NCBI GenBank assembly: GCA_963777605.1
Contig: CAVZRV010000031.1
Span: 256,001-320,000, forward strand
Source: an uncultured Acidobacteriota bacterium
GTDB taxonomy: Bacteria > Acidobacteriota > UBA6911 > RPQK01 > JAPXNP01
Length of the DNA stretch: 64,000 nt
Reading direction: 5' to 3'
Shown here: piece after piece, positions 57,153-64,000 of the stretch
How positions within the stretch are numbered: position 1 is the stretch's first letter
How the letters are laid out: the number at the start of each line of letters is the position of its first letter
Notes under the pieces: model-generated
What the model saw: only the letters and a program-made list of their open reading frames with translations
The model's database searches: none
Told to the model about the DNA's origin: nothing
Position numbers and translations under genes: made by a program

Positions 57153-58647
57153 ATGAGACGGAATCGCTACATCGCACTTGCAGGAGTTGGGGTCGTCATC
57201 GCCGCCGTGGTTTTGGTCTCGGCTTTCGTCTCTAGAGGATCCGATCAGACCACGGCAAATGAATTCCTGACCGCCCCCGTTGGTCAAGGAAATATCGAGC
57301 GGAAGGTCACCTCTACCGGCACGCTCGAAGCAGTTATCACCGTCCAGGTCGGCAGCCAGGTTTCCGGTCGTATCAAGGAACTGAATGCCGACTTCAACAG
57401 TATCGTCAAGAAGGGTCAGGTTCTGGCCATCATCGACCCGGCGAACTATGAAGCCCGCCTCGAGAAGGCGGAAGCCGCCCTGGCGACCAACCGTGCCGGG
57501 GTCGAGAACGCCCAGGCGAACGTGCACAACCGGGAGGCTGAACTGACCGCAGCCAAGGCCAACGTGGACGGTCGCGAAGCTTCAGGTCGAGCAGGCTCAA
57601 CGGCTCCTGGACCGCTACCAGCGCCTCTGGAAAGAGAAACTCGTCACCGAGCAGGATCTGGAAGACACTCAGACCAAGCTCGAGTCGGCCCAGGGACAGG
57701 TCCAGCAACTGGAAGCGCAGATCACCCAGTCCGCCGCCGCAATTTCTTCATCCAAAGCTCAGCTCAACCAGTCTCGGGCCAACGTCCAGCAGGCAGAAGC
57801 GGACCTGAATATGGCAAAGATCGACCTGGCGTACACCAGTATCGCTTCCCCCATCGACGGGGTCGTCATCGAACGGAATGTGGACATCGGCCAGACCGTC
57901 GCCGCGACGCTGCAGGCTCCCACGCTCTTCCTGATCGCCAACGACCTGACCCGGATGCGGGTCGTGGCACAGGTTGACGAAGCCGACATCGGCTCGATCT
58001 CTGAAAACGCCGAAGCCACCTTTACGGTTGACTCGTTTCCCAACCAGGTCTTCAAGGGAAGGATCTCTGAGATCCGCCTGGGCAGCACGGCCAGCGAGGG
58101 CACGAGCAACTCCAACGTAGTCGTCTACAACGTCATTGTCGAAGTAGAAAACCCGAACCTTCAGCTGCGTCCGGGGATGACCGCAACGATCGATTTTACG
58201 GTTGCCAAGACGGACAACGCGCTCCTGGTACCCAATTCCGCCCTGCGCTTTGTTCCGCTCGGGATCCCCGCGAAAGAGAGACAGGAAAGCGGAGATGCGG
58301 CGCGGAAGCAGCGGCCTGAAGCCGAAGTCAATGAATCGAGCGGCACCCCGGTCTCGGTCTATACTTCGACCGAACAGTACGGGATCAAGCCCGGGCCCAA
58401 GATTCACTTTCCCAACCCGGAAGCCATCTCTTCCAACTGGGGATCGGTCTGGGTCCTCGGAGCGAACGGTCAACCCGAGCGGCGTGAGGTTTTGCTCGGC
58501 GTCACCGACGGCATCGAGACCGCCATCGTTGAGGGCAATCTGAAAAAGGACGATCCGGTTATCATCCGCCAATTCGAGAAGGCCAAGGATTCGAGCGGCA
58601 CGACCCGCTCTCCGTTCGGTCCCGCGGGGCGCAGAGGGGGAGGATAA
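57153..58647 (+). CDS. MacA-like periplasmic adaptor (membrane fusion protein), frameshift near 57575
   Basis: VQVGSQVSGRIKELNADFNS.VKKGQ, IASPIDGVVI.RNVD.GQTVAA.LQAPTLF, VDEADIG, LRPGMTA. Confidence 0.9.
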
Positions 58648-58651
58648 GTCG

Positions 58652-59402
58652 ATGGCAACTGCTAACGCTCAAGTTCAACGGCTCGCGGAGGAAACCCGCC
58701 GGATGGCAGAGCCGGCAGGCTCTGATCCGGATTCGGGACCTTTGGAAGATCTACGACCTGGGTGAAGTCAAGGTACAGGCATTGCGGGGTGTTTCCCTCG
58801 ACATCGAGGACGGGTCATTTGTCGCGATCATGGGCAGTTCCGGGTCCGGAAAGTCCACTTTGCTCAACATCCTGGGCTGCCTGGATCGTCCGACCAGGGG
58901 ATTCTACCTCCTCGACGGCATCGATGTTTCGACCTATTCGGCAGCAATGCGGGCCGACATTAGGAACGAGAAGATCGGATTCGTGTTTCAGAACTTCAAT
59001 CTCCTTCCCCGGTCCTCGGTCTGGGAGAACGTGGAAGCCCCGATGCTCTACGCCGGCGTCAACCGCGCGGAGCGGTCCCGGCGGGTCGAAGAGGCTCTGG
59101 AAATCGTGCGGATCCCCGAGAAAGCCAAGGCGTTTCCGAACCAGCTGTCAGGAGGGCAGCAGCAGCGTGTCGCAATCGCTCGAGCCATCATCAATCAACC
59201 GTCGATCCTGCTGGCCGATGAGCCGACCGGAAACCTGGACAGTGTCACCTCGAAAGAGCTCCTGATCTTCATGAGGGAACTCAATCAGATCAAGGGACTG
59301 ACTCTCGTCATGGTGACCCACGACGACGAGGCCGCCACCTATGCCTCGCGGTTGATCGTGATGAGAGATGGGCAAATCGAAAGCGATAACAGCCAGGACT
59401 AG
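58652..59402 (+). CDS. MacB/LolD-type ABC ATP-binding protein (5' frameshift)
   Basis: GSSGSGKST, IGFVFQNFNLL, LSGGQQQRVAIARA, LLADEPTGNLD, VMVTH. Confidence 0.93.
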
Positions 59403-59498
59403 TTCACAGGTGGGGTGGAACCGGCGTGAAACCAAGAGAGCGCAATTTGATTTTGTTTTGAGTGGGTCGCCGAGCACGGAACGTACCCACGGAAACAG

Positions 59499-60725
59499 GT
59501 GAGTATCATGAGCTTCTGGACGATTCTAAAAATAGCCGTTAAGGCAATGACCCGAAATAAATTTCGGGCGTTTCTGACGATGCTCGGGATCATCATCGGG
59601 GTCGGTGCCGTCATCGCGATGATTGCACTCGGCCAGGGGGCCCAGGAGCAGGTCAAGGAGAGGATCTCGTCCATGGGAACCGACATCCTCTGGGTCCGAG
59701 CCGGAAGTCGGATGTCTCGCGGAATCAGCGGCGGAGCCGGTTCGGTCACCACGCTCACACCGGAAGATTTCGACGCCATCGCGCGGGAATGTCCCTCGGT
59801 AGCAGGCACCAGTCCGACAGCAAACGCCGCCGGCCAGGTCGTCTACGGAAACCGCAATTGGAACGTTCGGGTCGAAGGCTTCAACCAAGAGTTCACTCAA
59901 CTCAGGGACTGGGATATCGCACAAGGCACATTCTTCGACGATCGTCACGTCCGTTCGGCCGCTCGAGTAGCGGTCCTCGGCCAGACCGTCGTCGACAAGC
60001 TCTTCCCGGACACGTCACCGATCGGCAAGACGATCCGGATTGCTCACCTTCCGTTTCGTGTGATCGGCGTTTTGGCGAAGAAAGGCTCGGGCATGCGCGG
60101 CGAAGACCAGGACGACACCATCATCGTCCCCTTCACGACCATCCAGAAGAAGTTTCAGTCCAGCGCCCTCTACGTCCAGTCGGGGATCATCAAGGCTGTC
60201 TCCGGACGATCGGCCTATGCCGAAGAGGAAATTCAGGCCCTTCTTCGCCAAAGGCACCAGATTGCATCAGGCCAGGATGACGACTTCAGCGTCATCAACT
60301 TGAGCGAAATGGCGGCCATGCTGGAGGAAACCCAGGGAGTCATGACCACGTTGCTGGCAGCGATCGCGGCCGTTTCACTGGTCGTGGGCGGCATTGGGAT
60401 CATGAATATCATGCTGGTGTCCGTTTCTGAACGGACCCGTGAAATCGGTATCCACATGAGCATCGGGGCCCGTCCCAGCCACGTGCGCATCCAGTTCCTG
60501 TCCGAGTCGATCCTGCTCTGCATCATGGGTGGGCTCATCGGTCTGCTCTTCGGGATCGCCAGTTCGCTGGGAGTTTCAACCTTTTTGGGCTGGCCCGTCC
60601 ATCTTACGCTTCAGTCGATCTGGGTTGCGCTCGTCTTCCCAACCGCTATCGGCGTCTTCTTCGGGTATTACCCGGCCCACAAGGCCGCCCTCCTGGATCC
60701 TATCGAAGCACTGCGCTACGAGTAG
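59499..60725 (+). CDS. MacB/FtsX-type ABC permease
   Basis: LTMLGIIIGVGAVIAM, VGGIGIMNIMLVSV.ERTREIG, GYYPA.KAA.LDPIEALRYE. Confidence 0.95.
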   Translation: MSIMSFWTILKIAVKAMTRNKFRAFLTMLGIIIGVGAVIAMIALGQGAQEQVKERISSMGTDILWVRAGSRMSRGISGGAGSVTTLTPEDFDAIARECPSVAGTSPTANAAGQVVYGNRNWNVRVEGFNQEFTQLRDWDIAQGTFFDDRHVRSAARVAVLGQTVVDKLFPDTSPIGKTIRIAHLPFRVIGVLAKKGSGMRGEDQDDTIIVPFTTIQKKFQSSALYVQSGIIKAVSGRSAYAEEEIQALLRQRHQIASGQDDDFSVINLSEMAAMLEETQGVMTTLLAAIAAVSLVVGGIGIMNIMLVSVSERTREIGIHMSIGARPSHVRIQFLSESILLCIMGGLIGLLFGIASSLGVSTFLGWPVHLTLQSIWVALVFPTAIGVFFGYYPAHKAALLDPIEALRYE

Positions 60726-60727
60726 GT

Positions 60728-60825
60728 TGGAGGGACTGGAAGGTTGGGAGGGTTTGGAGATCCTGGAGAAGCCAACCTGAAACTTCATTTGGGATGAGTT
60801 GGAAATCCTGGATGAACCTGGAGTT
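60728..60825. repeat. Nonamer tandem repeats plus inverted right end of the modular element (copy F)
   Basis: TTGGAGGGA CTGGAAGGT TGGGAGGGT TTGGAGATC CTGGAGAAG, then CCTGAAACTTCATTTGGGATGAGTTGGAAATCCTGGATGAA. Confidence 0.65.
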
Positions 60826-60830
60826 TGCAG

Positions 60831-62048
60831 TCAGATGCCGGTGAACAGAGAAGTGATCAGACCGGCCAGCAACACTGCCAGGAAAGCGAAGACGACAACC
60901 CGTTTCAAGCCGATCCCTGAACCGGACATGGAATGGCCCATTGCTTCACGGTCCTGCTGGTACTTTCTGTGGAACCAGATCAGCCACCCGGCAACTCCCG
61001 CAAACACCAGGTTCATCCAGAAAGTGTAGTCAACCTTGAACTGAACCAGTTCGGCAGTCTTCCCGACGGCGTCGGGAGTCAGGGACATCGCTTCGAAGAG
61101 CACGTCGAGCAGGAGTGCGGTCGCCACGATGCTGACGAACATTACCCCGGCAATGTAAAGCGCCACCCGCCAGCCGTAGTATTTCGCGTTGATCCGGACC
61201 AGGGGCGGCACCATCAGGTCCGAGTAGATGAATCCCATGATCCCGGCGAAGAGCACGCCGTTGGCATGCAGGACGGTGGCAAGCGGAATGTTTCCCATCG
61301 ACCCGATAAAGGTCGCCGCCGCAACGAACGGGGCAACCGCCGCATTTTCAACAACGACCAGCCAGTGCGGCAGGTCGAGGCCGGTCCCCTGAAGAAAGAT
61401 CGCCTCCCAGACCGACGCCGGCACGAAGACCGCCATGAAGCCGGCCACCGTGAAGCCGATGAGGATGTCCTCCCAGACCATCTTCCACTCCATCACGAAC
61501 TTGTGGCCGACCAGGTGCCATCCTTGCCGGCTCCGGATCCTTTTTCTCCAGTCGAAATCCCCTTCTTCGTCGTCCGCTTCGGCTTCGACCTTTTCCCGAG
61601 CCCGTTCCAGCCAGGCCTTGGGATAGGTGACCCGGATCAGAAGCGTGCTGATCACGATCAGCACTAATCCACCGACGATCTCGGCCGCGAGAAACGGCCA
61701 ACCGAGGAAAATAACGATCAGAATGCCCAGTTCGATGACCAGGTTGGTCGAGGCAAACATGAACGCAACCGCCGCCGTGAAATGAGCGCCCTTCATTACA
61801 AGGGAGCGGGCCGTGGCCAGGGCGGCGAATGAACAAGAGGAGGAGGCAGCCCCAAACAGGGTGGACAGTGAAATGCTCTTTGGATCGGGCCGCCCCATGT
61901 AGGGAGTCAATCGTCCCTTGGGCACAAAAGCCTGGATGACACCGCTGACAAAATAGCCCAATATGAACGCCCATCCCGACTTCCAGAAGAATCCAACAGC
62001 CGTTATGGCGGCCTCACCGTAAAGTTGCAAGAACCCAGTACTCATCAA
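60831..62048 (-). CDS. ArsP/DUF318-like permease (metal-associated)
   Basis: GAASSSCSFAA, FMFASTNLVIELG, TFIGSMGNIPLA, GFIYSDL. About 10 TM helices. Confidence 0.85.
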   Translation of the reverse strand: MMSTGFLQLYGEAAITAVGFFWKSGWAFILGYFVSGVIQAFVPKGRLTPYMGRPDPKSISLSTLFGAASSSCSFAALATARSLVMKGAHFTAAVAFMFASTNLVIELGILIVIFLGWPFLAAEIVGGLVLIVISTLLIRVTYPKAWLERAREKVEAEADDEEGDFDWRKRIRSRQGWHLVGHKFVMEWKMVWEDILIGFTVAGFMAVFVPASVWEAIFLQGTGLDLPHWLVVVENAAVAPFVAAATFIGSMGNIPLATVLHANGVLFAGIMGFIYSDLMVPPLVRINAKYYGWRVALYIAGVMFVSIVATALLLDVLFEAMSLTPDAVGKTAELVQFKVDYTFWMNLVFAGVAGWLIWFHRKYQQDREAMGHSMSGSGIGLKRVVVFAFLAVLLAGLITSLFTGI

Positions 62049-62112
62049 ATCAGGAACCCTTCCCCTTCACCACTTTGCGATCTCCTTGAATTGTTCTCTA
62101 CGACGGCAGCGG

Positions 62113-62349
62113 CTAGGATCTCAGACTCCTCATTCGTTCTTCGAATTCGTCCTTATCGATTTCGCCGCGGGCATACCGCTTTCTCAGGAGTTCCTCCGCC
62201 GACTCGGTGCGTTCGGACGGATTCCGCCTCCCGGCCTGTGTACCCCACCAGATTGCCCCGACGACCAGGGCCAACAGAAAAATCCAAATTAATCCCATTC
62301 CAGCCATACTTCCCATGCTCCCCATGTGTGACCATCCATATCCGTACAT
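62113..62349 (-). CDS. SHOCT-domain membrane protein with Met/Gly-rich leader
   Basis: HMGSMGSMAGMG, TM, AEELLRKRYARGEIDKDEFEER. Confidence 0.85.
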   Translation of the reverse strand: MYGYGWSHMGSMGSMAGMGLIWIFLLALVVGAIWWGTQAGRRNPSERTESAEELLRKRYARGEIDKDEFEERMRSLRS

Positions 62350-62641
62350 TGTATTTTCACTTTCTTTCTTAGACTCTTTAATTCCATGTTAACGAACCGC
62401 CTTCAATCTGCAAGCGGCTCACGATGTCACCATCCCTAAAAGCATTTTCCGTTCCACAATCAATTGCTGCATTTGAAACACCCTGGTGATTGAAACCAAC
62501 CAGATAAGCTTCATCCAAAAAGGCTTTCACTGGACGATTCTTCTGGAACAGATCGTGCTTCTTCTAACAATGTCAGTTGACAGTAAGCGAATCGAAAACC
62601 TCAATAACCAATCTCTCAAAGAGAGTGGGAGGATTACTGAA

Positions 62642-63070
62642 ATGAAACGCAACATACTTGGATTGGTCTTAATACTCGCGCTGGGACTCCTTCTTGGATT
62701 TTCCTATGCACAGAACAGTGGTAACAGCGGTTATCAGGGAATGTACGGGATGCACAACCAGCAGGGCATGATGGGACCCATGAGTCAGGGTCAAATGATG
62801 TCCCGATACCAGGGGATGCTCTCGCAAATGCAGGCGAGCGACCAGGAACTGGACTCCCTCGCCCAGAACCTGAAAGCGGCCAAGGACAACACCCAGAAAA
62901 TCCAGATCATGCAGAAGATGCTCGAAAGAATGGTCGCGAATAGAGGCCAGATGCGGGAGCAAATGATGGCCATGCTGCCGCAAATGATGGAACACATGTC
63001 CGAACACATGCAGTCGAATCAGAACGGGGGTAATTCTTCAATGGGCTCCGGTCACATGATGAACCCTTAG
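62642..63070 (+). CDS. Secreted Met/Gln-rich helical protein, possible Cu(I)/Ag(I) binder
   Basis: RBS GGAGG and signal peptide. Very high Met content (QMREQMMAMLPQMMEHMSEHM). Confidence 0.65.
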   Translation: MKRNILGLVLILALGLLLGFSYAQNSGNSGYQGMYGMHNQQGMMGPMSQGQMMSRYQGMLSQMQASDQELDSLAQNLKAAKDNTQKIQIMQKMLERMVANRGQMREQMMAMLPQMMEHMSEHMQSNQNGGNSSMGSGHMMNP

Positions 63071-63273
63071 AATCAGTAGATCTCATGATTCTCAGCGTAA
63101 AGGTGGAGCCGAGAGATCTCTCCGCTCCACCTAAGAACTGAAACAGCGGAGAGATCGGTGCAACACAATTGTGAGGCAAAAATGCGGCCCGTGACAATTC
63201 TGAGGTACCGACACCTGCGTGATTTCAAGCAACTACACTGACAGCAGCAAAAGCACAGGGAGGACAAAGAACC

Positions 63274-63639
63274 ATGAATGCCATCGTGAAGAAGAGAACT
63301 CTCCACATTTCAGGATTCCATAGTGAAGAAGAGCGATCCCAAATCGAAGCTGCGATTCTCAGCTTGACTGGTGTCAGGGCTGTGGAACTGGCTGGCGATG
63401 GGACAGTCGTGATCGAGTATGACCTGATGGAAATCAACCTCGCGGAGATCGAGGAGGCGATCAAATCAGGGACTCATCACAGCCTGAAATCCGGCCTGGT
63501 CGGTCGACTGAGAAGGGCCTTTATCCACAACGCCGAGCAAAATGAAATGGACTACCTGACGGCGCCGAGCGCGCCCTGCTGCTCGAATCCGCGGTTCTGT
63601 TCCTACGACCGCAACCAGACAACGCAATCGCACTCTTGA
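63274..63639 (+). CDS. HMA-like domain protein
   Basis: RTLHISG...IEAAILSLTGVRAV...VIEYDL..INL.EIE.AI HMA fold pattern without CxxC. C-terminal APCCSNP. Confidence 0.65.
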   Translation: MNAIVKKRTLHISGFHSEEERSQIEAAILSLTGVRAVELAGDGTVVIEYDLMEINLAEIEEAIKSGTHHSLKSGLVGRLRRAFIHNAEQNEMDYLTAPSAPCCSNPRFCSYDRNQTTQSHS

Positions 63640-63745
63640 CGCAGGGCGCTGCCTGGTTTTGTCGGCCCCTCCGATGGGATCCTCGAAGCCGGCAGCGAGA
63701 GTGCACTCGGGTGAATCAGGGCAGGTCTCAAGGGCACAGAGGCCG

Positions 63746-64000
63746 TCAGACATCGTTTCCATCTGCAGGAGCCTTGTTTCGAATTCGGTAGAGTTCGTCG
63801 ACCGGTTGGACGGCAATCACGCCGTCTCCGGCTGTACCGGTGTGGGCCTCTTCCATGATGGCGTTGACAATCTCCTCGGCGCGATCCTGGTGGATGAAGA
63901 TCTCGAGGCGGACATGGCGAACCATCCAGTCCCGCCGGAAGAAGTTGGCGTACTCACCGAAACCCTTGACGTGGGTGACGGTCACTCCCCGCACTCCGAT
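63746..64000 (-). CDS. P-II family signal protein, C-terminal part (runs off window)
   Basis: GVTVTHVKGFGEYANFF, IMEEAHTG.AGDGVIAVQPV..LYRIR. Confidence 0.85.
   Translation of the reverse strand: MGVRGVTVTHVKGFGEYANFFRRDWMVRHVRLEIFIHQDRAEEIVNAIMEEAHTGTAGDGVIAVQPVDELYRIRNKAPADGNDV

Overview
GC-rich bacterial window, most consistent with an anaerobic or facultative Acidobacteriota genome (inferred from gene content, not tested). The sequence quality is poor: many single-base frameshifts, two long poly-T tracts that replace real sequence, and several apparent internal deletions. Most split ORFs are therefore probably read or assembly errors. Content from left to right: a sigma-54-controlled NifB/NifX + MinD-ferredoxin ATPase + TsaA cluster bracketed by two PAS-AAA+ activators; an exported octaheme cytochrome c with a C-terminal two-repeat module; a TonB-dependent receptor; a four-gene orphan membrane/secreted operon; signalling genes (kinase-less sensor, collapsed ECF sigma + Ser/Thr kinase, hybrid histidine kinase); secreted hydrolases; a GMC/gluconate-2-DH3/DUF1080 glycoside-oxidation locus; sodN, pgi and tRNA-Pro(GGG); two VapBC pairs; an ECF-controlled MacAB-like exporter; and a probable metal (copper) locus. 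The most unusual signal is non-coding. It is a family of about 7 modular intergenic elements with conserved ends (TTCAGAGAGTGAAACT ... TCCAAATTGAAGTTTCA) that enclose different REP-like palindromic cargo. Three copies form a tandem array at 28.7-29.6 kb, and most loci lie just downstream of a stop codon in a fixed orientation.
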